Shown here piece by piece: positions 8,351 through 16,394 of a stretch of 51,000 bases of DNA (position 1 is the stretch's first letter; every line of letters starts with the position of its first letter). A model generated the notes under the pieces. It searched no databases, was not told the DNA's origin, and saw only the letters and a program-made list of their open reading frames with translations. Origin of the DNA: Fidelibacterota bacterium (lineage in GTDB: Bacteria; Fidelibacterota; UBA2242); the NCBI GenBank assembly GCA_041645495.1, contig JBAZPZ010000004.1, forward strand, positions 1 to 51,000, read 5' to 3'. The position numbers and the translations under genes are program-made.

Positions 8351-9307
8351 ATGAGAAGAGCAATCATTTCGTTCATGATATTGTTGGGATTCATCGGCGT
8401 GGAAAGCCGGGCGGAGAATCAGAAACCGGTCGTTCTGCAGGTACAATGGTTCCCGCAGGCGCAATTCGCCGGTTACCTGATGGCTAAGGAAAAGGGGCTC
8501 TTCTTGGCGGAAGGAATTAACGTGGAAGTCCGGTTTGCCGACGAACACACCAGCCCGATCAACGAACTGTTTAGTGGGCGCGCCGACTTTTGTACAGCAT
8601 GGATTTCCCAGACGCTGACACTGGAAAAACCGATCGTCAATATTTGTCAGGTTTTGCAGAAATCGTCGCTCATGCTCGTCGCCAAAAAAGAGAGCGGCAT
8701 CTTGAAGCCGGAGGATATGAACGGAAAGACGATCGCGATCTGGGGCGGCGATTTCTCGATCCAACCGTACGCATTTTTCCGGAAATTCAACATCAAACCG
8801 AATCTAGTGCCTCAGGCGTACAATATCGATGCGTTTCTCGTCGGCGCCTATGACGTTGCTTCGGCAATGTATTACAATGAGTACAACAAATTCTATCTTT
8901 CCGGAATCGATCAGGACGAATTGGTGCAATTTTTCTATTCCGATTACGGCTTGAATTTCCCGGAAGATGGCGTCTATTGCACACCCAACACCTTTGCAAC
9001 GAATCCGGCGCTCTGCCGGAAAATGAAGCGTGGCATACTGAAAGGTTGGGAATATGCGTTTGCCCATGAGGAGGAAACGTTGGACATTTTGATGGACTAT
9101 TGCGCGAAATATCACGTCCGCACAAATCGCGCCCATCAAAAATGGATGCTGGAAGCCATCAAACAGGCGGTCATTTATCAGGTCGGCGACGATCCGAAGA
9201 AATGGGGCGTTTTAAAGAAGGACGATTTTCTGCGCGTCGCGGAGGAATTGAAGCAACAGGGATTCATTCGGACTATTCCCGATTACGAAAATTTCTACAA
9301 AGAGTAA
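8351..9307 (+). CDS. NMT1/THI5-like (SsuA/TauA-type) periplasmic substrate-binding protein
   Basis: ORF 8306..9307. The QWFPQAQFAGYLMAKEKGLF motif is typical of NMT1/THI5-type binding proteins. The signal peptide MRRAIISFMILLGFIGVESRA begins at ATG 8351, though 8306 is possible. Confidence 0.7.
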   Translation: MRRAIISFMILLGFIGVESRAENQKPVVLQVQWFPQAQFAGYLMAKEKGLFLAEGINVEVRFADEHTSPINELFSGRADFCTAWISQTLTLEKPIVNICQVLQKSSLMLVAKKESGILKPEDMNGKTIAIWGGDFSIQPYAFFRKFNIKPNLVPQAYNIDAFLVGAYDVASAMYYNEYNKFYLSGIDQDELVQFFYSDYGLNFPEDGVYCTPNTFATNPALCRKMKRGILKGWEYAFAHEEETLDILMDYCAKYHVRTNRAHQKWMLEAIKQAVIYQVGDDPKKWGVLKKDDFLRVAEELKQQGFIRTIPDYENFYKE

Positions 9308-9312
9308 AATCT

Positions 9313-11238
9313 ATGGAAAAGCATCATAAATCTACCGTGAAGAAACCGATCGTCCGGCGACTCGTCATCTGGATCGGCGTTCCCCTTTTTGTCGTCTATT
9401 TTGCAGTCGTCGTTACGAATTATGTTCAGAGCAAGAACGCCGCCATCGAGCGGATGAATCTGTATTTGATCGAACTGACCAGCCACTATGCATCCGAATT
9501 AAACTCACAGTTTTTAGTGATTTCCCAGACTCCGACGATCGTCGTCGAAGCGATCGAAGCGATGAAAAATCCGACAGAAAAAGCCTTATTCGATTTGATG
9601 GAACGCCGTCTGACGGTCAACCAAAACATATTCGGAATGAGTATCGCTTTTGAACCATATGCCTTCAGTTCGCAGGAAAAGGAATATGCGCCGTATGTCT
9701 TTCGTTCCAAAAACGGCCTGGAAAAGGTCTTTCTGGATCATGGATACAATTACACGACTGCCGATTGGTATCTGATTCCCAAACTTCTCAAGACAACTTA
9801 CTGGACGGAGCCATATTACGATGAAGGCGGCGGGAACACGCTGATGTGCACTTTCTCGCATCCGCTTCATCTGAAAGGAAAATTTGCCGGAATCGTGACC
9901 GCTGATATTTCGCTGACCGAACTGGAAAAAACGATGCGAGGGACCAATATTATCGCAGGCTACACGTTTATTGTCGGTCGAAGCGGAACGTTTATCTATC
10001 ACCCCAACGCCGATTATGTGATGCGCGAATCCATTTTCAGCCTCGCCGAACGCTTCAAGATGCCGGATTTGCGCGCGGTTGGAAAAAACATGATTCACGG
10101 CAAGCAAGGCATCGCCGCCTATAAAGACCTTCAAACAGGCGAGAGAAACTGGACGGTCTATACGCCGATTCCTTCCTGCCAGTGGACGTTCGCCGCAGTT
10201 ATTCCCGAAGAAAAAGTGCTGGGACCGGTCAATGCGCAAATGTACCGGCAAATTTCATATATGTTAGTCGGACTGGTTATTATTCTGATTGTGATTGTCT
10301 GGGCTTCGTACGGAATTACGATTCCGCTGAGAAAACTTGCCGGATTCGCGGAAAAAATATCGACCGGCGATCTGAACGTTCAGATCGAAGGAATCAAAGG
10401 CGAGGACGAGATTCACGAGTTGGCCAGTGTCTTTAATAAAATGGTCGCCGACTTAAAACGACATATTAAAGATTTGACGACAGCAACCAAAGCGAAGGAA
10501 GCCGTCGAAAGCGAATTGCGCATCGCCCGACAAATTCAGGAATCGCTTTTGCCGCGCGTTTTTCCGCCGTTTCCTGATCGTACCGAATTCGATCTGTTCG
10601 CAAAAAATTATGCCGCCAAAGACGTCGCCGGCGATTTCTACGACTTCTTTTTTATCGATGAAAACCAGCTCATCATCATCATTGCGGATGTTTCGGGCAA
10701 AGGCATTCCGGCGGCGCTGTTCATGGCCGTCAACCGGACGCTGATGAAAACCGTTTGCCAGAAGGGCGTCGGCCCCGCCGAGTCGTTGAAAAAGGCGAAC
10801 ACGATTTTAAGTCTGGATAATGACGCCTGCATGTTCACGACGTTGTTCCTCGCTGTTTACGACGTGAAAACCGGCGAAATGACATTTGCCAACGCCGGCC
10901 ATAATTCACCGTTCATCATTTCAAAAGACGGTTCTCATCGGACGCTGGAGTCGTTTGGCGACATTTTTCTCGGTGTCACTCCGGATTTTACCTACCGCGA
11001 AGGTCATGAACATATCGATGTCGGCGACCTTCTGACGCTTTATACCGACGGCGTCACCGAAGCGACTTCGCCCGAGGAAACGTTATTCGGCGAAGAACGA
11101 TTTATCCGCAATATTTCATCGCACATGAATCAATCGCTCGACCTGATCTGGCATGAATTACATGACGATCTGGATAAGTTTCAAGAAGGCCACCAGTTCG
11201 ACGACATCACGCTGATGTTGCTGAGAAGAAATACGTAA
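9313..11238 (+). CDS. Membrane sensor phosphatase: TM - Cache-like periplasmic domain - TM - HAMP - SpoIIE/PP2C (RsbU-type) phosphatase
   Basis: Start MEKHHKST at ATG 9313. The track start at 9100 overlaps the previous gene in another frame. Two TM helices flank a ~270 aa periplasmic region with Cache-like motifs (YVFRSKNG..., WY..., EPYYDEGGGNTLMCT). HAMP region: IPLRKLAGFAEKISTGDL...FNKMVADL. PP2C motifs: VAGDFYDFF, IADVSGKGIPAALFM, NAGHN, LYTDGVTEA, DDITLMLL. Confidence 0.85.
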   Translation: MEKHHKSTVKKPIVRRLVIWIGVPLFVVYFAVVVTNYVQSKNAAIERMNLYLIELTSHYASELNSQFLVISQTPTIVVEAIEAMKNPTEKALFDLMERRLTVNQNIFGMSIAFEPYAFSSQEKEYAPYVFRSKNGLEKVFLDHGYNYTTADWYLIPKLLKTTYWTEPYYDEGGGNTLMCTFSHPLHLKGKFAGIVTADISLTELEKTMRGTNIIAGYTFIVGRSGTFIYHPNADYVMRESIFSLAERFKMPDLRAVGKNMIHGKQGIAAYKDLQTGERNWTVYTPIPSCQWTFAAVIPEEKVLGPVNAQMYRQISYMLVGLVIILIVIVWASYGITIPLRKLAGFAEKISTGDLNVQIEGIKGEDEIHELASVFNKMVADLKRHIKDLTTATKAKEAVESELRIARQIQESLLPRVFPPFPDRTEFDLFAKNYAAKDVAGDFYDFFFIDENQLIIIIADVSGKGIPAALFMAVNRTLMKTVCQKGVGPAESLKKANTILSLDNDACMFTTLFLAVYDVKTGEMTFANAGHNSPFIISKDGSHRTLESFGDIFLGVTPDFTYREGHEHIDVGDLLTLYTDGVTEATSPEETLFGEERFIRNISSHMNQSLDLIWHELHDDLDKFQEGHQFDDITLMLLRRNT

Positions 11239-11284
11239 AACGAACAGGACAGGCGACACCAGAAACTGATGATGCCAGTTATAA

Positions 11285-12109
11285 TTATGGCGTTGCGATT
11301 GGTTTTAGAAGTGAGCGAAAAGTCTCGATAGAAATTAGCGGCAAATCGGCGATGTTCTGGATAAACGGACTGACGTCCTGCAGAACTATATTAAAATCGG
11401 TTTGTTCGACTTTCCGGAAAACAACATTCCGCCAGTTGGATTCATCCACGGAAAATTCAAGTTCACCGGACTGTTTGAGCGCATTGTTCAAATATAAAAA
11501 GTTTGGCGAGAGATCACTCCATCGGCTTAGATAGAAAAGCAGATCGTAGAAGTCGCGTCCTTTCGTGAATTCCCGTCGGAGAAGTGCATGGAGTTTTCCC
11601 GACAAAAAAGTCTTTAGATCATGATGCCGAATCGCGAAAGGGAAATAGGTGTTGACGATGGAATTTTCAGTCTGGTAACCTTCAGGCGGATTGGTGTCAA
11701 TTTCGATTTTGACGCTCAGAACTGCATTTTTATGTGGCGATAAATTGGCGTTTAACAAAAGTCCGGTAAAGCCGAGCCAGAGCGTTAGGACGGGCTTGTT
11801 CAGGCTGGGAGACGCCGTCAGTGTGTAATTCTGCTTCTCCAACCGTCGAACCAAAGAAGAAAAGATAGCCTCAAATCCGTCTGCTTTTTGTGACAGGTCA
11901 ACATGAAAATCCAAATCCTCTGAAAAACGGCGTAATCCGTGAAGAATCCGAAGCGCGGTTCCACCATGAAAAATTATTTGTCGGTGTGCATTGAGTTCAA
12001 AAAGCTCTCTTAAAATGACATGCTGAAGATATTCACGCATTCGGTTTTTACCTGATCGCGGGTCTTCGGATTGTCTGGCGATTTGAATGGCTTCGTCTTT
12101 CAAGTCCAT
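11285..12109 (-). CDS. abiEii: AbiEii/AbiGii-family nucleotidyltransferase toxin (DUF1814, type IV toxin-antitoxin)
   Basis: 274 aa. IFHGGTALRILHGLRRFSEDLDFHVD is the characteristic NTase motif of AbiEii. It overlaps the upstream antitoxin gene by 10 nt. Confidence 0.85.
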   Translation of the reverse strand: MDLKDEAIQIARQSEDPRSGKNRMREYLQHVILRELFELNAHRQIIFHGGTALRILHGLRRFSEDLDFHVDLSQKADGFEAIFSSLVRRLEKQNYTLTASPSLNKPVLTLWLGFTGLLLNANLSPHKNAVLSVKIEIDTNPPEGYQTENSIVNTYFPFAIRHHDLKTFLSGKLHALLRREFTKGRDFYDLLFYLSRWSDLSPNFLYLNNALKQSGELEFSVDESNWRNVVFRKVEQTDFNIVLQDVSPFIQNIADLPLISIETFRSLLKPIATP

Positions 12110-12714
12110 AACTCTGGAATTGATAAAAGTAGTGTGATTGTTCGGATCGTTTTTGGACTATTAATTTTTTCAGTGAACTGTTTCAGTTTATCAATGTCCA
12201 GTGATTTGAGGTTTTGAAAGCGCATTTCCTTCAGACGTGAAATCGTCCACTCGCCGGTGGATAAGTAGAAAAAATCCAGCAGGGCTTTTTCTGGCAGGGC
12301 GATGAAAAAATCGGTTTCCCTGCGTCGATAACCCCAAAAACGTTCCTGCAGGATTTTGTAGTATGCAAATTGACCGATTTCTGTCGTCCACTTTTTCGAT
12401 ACTTGCGTCGTGACGGACTGAATGACGGAAACACTTTCCGGGATCAATCCGTAGAATTCGAGCGCTGAATGGAGACTAATGTATGAAGGATGGTAAATGC
12501 TGTTGGCGATTGAAAAATGATTCGGTTTTGATTTGCGGTAAAGTTCGGGTAGCAGATAATGCCCCCGATGAAGTTGAATCAACTTTTTCTGACTGACCCA
12601 ACGGGATAAACGAGCGCGGATTTGTGCGGGCGGTTCGCCGAGAAGTACGTCCAATTCGCCCGATTCAAAATAGGGTCGGCTTGAATAACGACTGATGAGT
12701 GTTTCATATTTCAT
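12100..12714 (-). CDS. abiEi: AbiEi-family antitoxin / transcriptional autoregulator (type IV toxin-antitoxin)
   Basis: 204 aa. It has an N-terminal winged-helix-like segment (...RLSRWVSQKKLIQLHRGHYLL...) and an AbiEi-like C-terminal domain. It lies immediately upstream of, and overlaps, abiEii. Confidence 0.75.
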   Translation of the reverse strand: MKYETLISRYSSRPYFESGELDVLLGEPPAQIRARLSRWVSQKKLIQLHRGHYLLPELYRKSKPNHFSIANSIYHPSYISLHSALEFYGLIPESVSVIQSVTTQVSKKWTTEIGQFAYYKILQERFWGYRRRETDFFIALPEKALLDFFYLSTGEWTISRLKEMRFQNLKSLDIDKLKQFTEKINSPKTIRTITLLLSIPELWT

Positions 12715-12720
12715 GTATAT

Positions 12721-12748
12721 AATTTACCACAAGTGGTAAGTTACGCAA
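12721..12748 (-). promoter_or_regulatory. Putative abiE promoter with an operator palindrome in the spacer
   Basis: The minus strand reads TTGCGT-N16-TAAATT-ATATAC-ATG. The perfect inverted repeat TTACCAC-AA-GTGGTAA (12724..12739) fills the -35/-10 spacer, and a second small palindrome GTAA-G-TTAC lies at 12736..12744. The whole intergenic gap is only 56 nt. Confidence 0.35.
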
Positions 12749-12770
12749 ATGAATAATTACTACTCCGTGA

Positions 12771-14432
12771 TTATTTAATCACCGGATTCGGCTTGAGGAA
12801 CCGTGGCGTCACCATCAATGTCTTCTCGAATTTCACTGAAACCGCGCCGGGATCAGCACCGCGTGGTTTCCAGACGTACTTCTTTTGTGTATAAATAACC
12901 GGAACGAGTTTGGAATGTTTCGACCTGCTGTAAATGGCGGCGACACTCGCGCATTGCTCAAAAATTGATTTTGGAAATGACGCCGCACGCTTCGGATTCC
13001 GAAGAACGACATGAGAACCCGTCGTTCCCTGCGCATGAAACCAAAAGTCGTCGGGGCGGGCAATTTTAAAAGTCAGTTCGTCGTTGTCGTGGGCGTTTTT
13101 TCCGACCAGTATTTCACAGCCTTCAATAACAAACCGGTGAAACGGTTGGCGCTCGATTTCCTGCCGGATTTCGACGGAGGCGAGTTTGGATTGTAACTGT
13201 TTTTCCATTTTTCGTAAATCGTCGAGTGATTGTGCTTTTTCGACGACTTCCAAACGCTCCGTAATCCGACGGATTGCTACTTCGGTTTCGGCAATGGATT
13301 TTTGCAGATTCGTTCGGGAATGCTCGATATTTTTCGATTTGGTGTAATATTTTTGGGCGTTTTCGGTAGGTGAGATCTCAGGATTCAGCGGAACGATCAG
13401 ATCGTTTTCCGGATTTTCCATAGATGGAATGGCGACCGATTTTGCACGCGGCGGAATTTGACGGAGATTCGAGAGAATCGCGTCCGCCCAGAGCCGATAG
13501 AGCGTTGACGTAGGAAGTTTTTCAAGGTCGGTTTGCTGGTTGTGTAGTTTCCGTTGGAACACAATCAGCGCGCCGTTCAACTTCTGTGAAAGTGCTTGTC
13601 GCAGTTGAAAACCGAGATGATTTTGGAAAAACTCTGAAATGAAAAACCGGTCGGCGGACGGCAGATCGTCGAAACACCGGGACGGTCGAGCCGATTTCGA
13701 GTGGAATTCTGTGAATGCCATCGTGGGTTTGTCTTCGGAATAAACCCGGAATTGCGGATGAGAAAGTTCATTAAAAATAGTCAGGATTTCGTTAAGGAAA
13801 ATATCGGTTTGGCTGTCGGAGAAATTGATCGGAAGATCGGTCGGACGAATATTGCTCCGGAAACAGATTTCCGCGATCAGTTCTTTCGAAAGGTATGGAA
13901 AACATCCTGACCGGAAGAAATCACCAACGGTTTGGTTTGTCTGATCTGAAAATTCCCGTCGAAGAGTGTTTTCATCGGCCATCGGAAGAAAATCCGAAGT
14001 GAAATCGTTTCGTCCGGGAATTCGGAAAATTTCTGTTTTCTTGAACGCCTGAATCATGTGAAAATCCGCATCGAGAATGGCGGCGTTGCCGTTGATTCCG
14101 AACAACTGAAAAAGCAGAAAACCGTCGCCGCGATTCCATTCGACGACCAACTGACGATCGATGCGATGCCACCGAACGTCCGTGACAATTTTTCCCTCGA
14201 TTTCCGCCAAAACCGCAACGCGTTGTTTCGGATTCGGCGCGGAGAATTCCACTGAAAAATGCGGAAGCGGCGGCTGAATGGAAAAATGCAGATCTGAAAA
14301 TTCCCGGCATCCGCTGACCGGAAAATTTACTTCCCGTTTTTTGTAGGTGAATGGTTTGCCGAAAACGCAACCGACCAGATTTTCTCGAAGAAATTGTCCA
14401 AGTAACCGAACATGAAACCAACTATTGAACAT
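12771..14432 (-). CDS. NFACT-family protein (FbpA/RqcH-like ribosome quality control factor) with a C-terminal NFACT-R/DUF814 domain
   Basis: 553 aa. C-terminal ...ILVGKNAHDNDELTFKIARPDDFWFHAQGTTGSHVVLRNP... is the DUF814 signature. It has a central coiled-coil region and an NFACT-N-like N-terminus. Confidence 0.75.
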   Translation of the reverse strand: MFNSWFHVRLLGQFLRENLVGCVFGKPFTYKKREVNFPVSGCREFSDLHFSIQPPLPHFSVEFSAPNPKQRVAVLAEIEGKIVTDVRWHRIDRQLVVEWNRGDGFLLFQLFGINGNAAILDADFHMIQAFKKTEIFRIPGRNDFTSDFLPMADENTLRREFSDQTNQTVGDFFRSGCFPYLSKELIAEICFRSNIRPTDLPINFSDSQTDIFLNEILTIFNELSHPQFRVYSEDKPTMAFTEFHSKSARPSRCFDDLPSADRFFISEFFQNHLGFQLRQALSQKLNGALIVFQRKLHNQQTDLEKLPTSTLYRLWADAILSNLRQIPPRAKSVAIPSMENPENDLIVPLNPEISPTENAQKYYTKSKNIEHSRTNLQKSIAETEVAIRRITERLEVVEKAQSLDDLRKMEKQLQSKLASVEIRQEIERQPFHRFVIEGCEILVGKNAHDNDELTFKIARPDDFWFHAQGTTGSHVVLRNPKRAASFPKSIFEQCASVAAIYSRSKHSKLVPVIYTQKKYVWKPRGADPGAVSVKFEKTLMVTPRFLKPNPVIK

Positions 14433-14479
14433 TTTTTAGATTGGATGAAATGGATTGAGAGTTGGTGAAAAAATAAAAA

Positions 14480-15379
14480 TCACTCGACACCGATCGTTGT
14501 CGTCATAGTATGAACCTGAAGAGGAGCGAGCGTAACACCGTTCTCCGCCGCGTTTGCCGTTTCGATGCAGACCATTCGTCGGTAGCCGTCCGGTTCCATG
14601 TCGGCGACTATTTCCGAAAGCAATTCCCCCGGATTCCAGACGACGGTAGAAAAACTGCCGGATTTTTGGACGTGGATTACCCGGGAAAAAAGCTCGTCTC
14701 GAAGGAGACAATCGGAAGAAGTGTGCAGATAGACGCGATTGACGACTTCGTCGAACCGAATCGGTCCGTACTGGACTTTTCGGCTGAATTGATCGACGGC
14801 GTCGATGTAGGTAGTTCTGTCTAAACCGTCGAGAGAAATATGCCGGACATCGCTGATGTTGAAATAGGAATGAAGTGCCTCGGTGAATTGAAATTCGCGT
14901 TCGTCAATATTTTCGATGCGGAGTTCGACGGTCAACAATTTCCCGATCGTGAAAATGATCTCGGCGTTGAAGCGAAAGCCGAACAAATCCGGCGTCGTAT
15001 CATATTCGCTCAATGTCATCCGAATCCGTGTTTCGTCGGAAGAGAGCGCCTGAACGGAGCGCAAATGCCAAAATAATATTCGTGAAAATCCATGCGACGG
15101 TTTGGAATGATCCGATGGATGCGCGCCAAACCACGGCCAGCAAACGAGAATACCGCCACGAATCGGTTTTTCGGCTTCGTAAAAACTTTTTGGGCTCATC
15201 CACAACAAATCTTCCTGCCCGATCGGTATAAATGACAACACCTGAGCGCCGTAAATGGAAATCGTCGCGGACGAAAGCGGGCTGACAATCCGCACCATAG
15301 GAAAATCGCCCGAAGAGCGGAAAAATTGTACGCGGTCTGGAATTCCGAATCGCGCATTTAGTAAATCGACATCTCTCAT
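14480..15379 (-). CDS. D-hexose-6-phosphate mutarotase (glucose-6-phosphate 1-epimerase, aldose-1-epimerase superfamily)
   Basis: 299 aa. Motifs IRGGILVCWPWFG, HGFSR and TEALHSYF are typical of YeaD-type mutarotases. Confidence 0.8.
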   Translation of the reverse strand: MRDVDLLNARFGIPDRVQFFRSSGDFPMVRIVSPLSSATISIYGAQVLSFIPIGQEDLLWMSPKSFYEAEKPIRGGILVCWPWFGAHPSDHSKPSHGFSRILFWHLRSVQALSSDETRIRMTLSEYDTTPDLFGFRFNAEIIFTIGKLLTVELRIENIDEREFQFTEALHSYFNISDVRHISLDGLDRTTYIDAVDQFSRKVQYGPIRFDEVVNRVYLHTSSDCLLRDELFSRVIHVQKSGSFSTVVWNPGELLSEIVADMEPDGYRRMVCIETANAAENGVTLAPLQVHTMTTTIGVE

Positions 15380-15558
15380 GGTTTAATTATCTCAATACGA
15401 TTCTCGACTAAAAACGACTGACGAACTTCCGGAATTTAATTATTTTGCAAGCCCAAAAGAAAACATTAAATCGATTCCTGCTACGGACCTATCGACAAAA
15501 GTGTAAACAAACCGATAAGCATCTGTCGAATGCGATTTATAGAATTTCAGATGTTCGG

Positions 15559-16155
15559 TCAGAACAATCCGCCGACTGAAAAACCGATGATCTGGTAATT
15601 GTCGCCCTCGACTTTCCGGAACGAGTAGTTCAGGTTCAGTAAAATCCGTGTTCCGCCCAGATCGAAAGAGATTCCGCCGCCGACCAGCGCGCCGAAACCG
15701 TTTTCGCTGTCGATAGAATTATCTTCCGAATTCTGATAGTTCATTTTCGCCAGACCGGCATCCGCGCGCAGAAACGGTCCCTGACCGAACCTTTGACCGA
15801 CATAGTGAATGACGCTTGCGCCGTAAAGGAATTGATTCCATTGGAACCAGGTGTCTTCATAATCAAATCGGTCGCCGGCGGAATTGATGACGACACCTCC
15901 GATCGTTTTAGGTGTCAGAGGAAAATAAAAACCCAGCATATCTATCGAGATGGTCGTGCGTTGAACGCCGTCCACATCTTCGATGATATCGATGGCTTCC
16001 TGAACGCCCTTCGGATAGGTGATCGCCGCGCCGCCGAGTCCCCAGTACAAATACCAGGATTCTCGGCCGTCGGCGGGTTGTTCGGCAAATGCGACATTCG
16101 CGATTAAAATCAATCCCAGAAAGTAACTGCTCCGCTTCATGAATTTTCCGCTCAT
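15559..16155 (-). CDS. Small outer-membrane beta-barrel protein
   Basis: Signal peptide MKRSSYFLGLILIANVAFA (alternative start at 16140). It has alternating hydrophobic beta-strand patterns and a C-terminal ...GFSVGGLF ending in Phe. Confidence 0.6.
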   Translation of the reverse strand: MSGKFMKRSSYFLGLILIANVAFAEQPADGRESWYLYWGLGGAAITYPKGVQEAIDIIEDVDGVQRTTISIDMLGFYFPLTPKTIGGVVINSAGDRFDYEDTWFQWNQFLYGASVIHYVGQRFGQGPFLRADAGLAKMNYQNSEDNSIDSENGFGALVGGGISFDLGGTRILLNLNYSFRKVEGDNYQIIGFSVGGLF

Positions 16156-16394
16156 TCCTCACTCCTTTTTCAATTTGACTGATTTTAGGAATGAGAACAG
16201 GTAAAACCAAGAAAAAATTTGCCGGATAACATCCGGGCGACTTGAATTTCTCTGATTCGTTCGAGATCAAAAATATAAAAAACAAGGATATTTTTCATGT
16301 TTAAACCATTAAAATACATGCAATAATAATTCGTTTTTCCATTTGCTTGTCTGAAAACGGGTAATTAACTTCAGGCGATTTTTTGGAGATTTGA

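Noticed and set aside
11285-12770. The AbiE cassette as a compositionally distinct (AT-rich) horizontally acquired island.
   Set aside because: Hand counts of 60-nt samples were inconsistent. I got 37% and 30% G+C at 12101-12220 but 45% at 11641-11700 and 12421-12480, against 45% (10801-10860) and 55% (18181-18240) in neighbouring genes. There are no flanking direct repeats, integrase or tRNA. A windowed GC and codon-usage calculation is needed before claiming an island.
15380-16394. The two largest non-coding gaps (15380-15558 and 16156-16394) as candidate sRNA, tRNA or terminator sites.
   Set aside because: Only 4-5 bp inverted repeats are present (for example CCGGA-TAACA-TCCGG near 16223, and GCAT...ATGC near 15520). 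There is no cloverleaf-compatible sequence and no GC-rich stem followed by a U-tract. The second gap is most simply a divergent AT-rich promoter region for the OMP gene and yicC.
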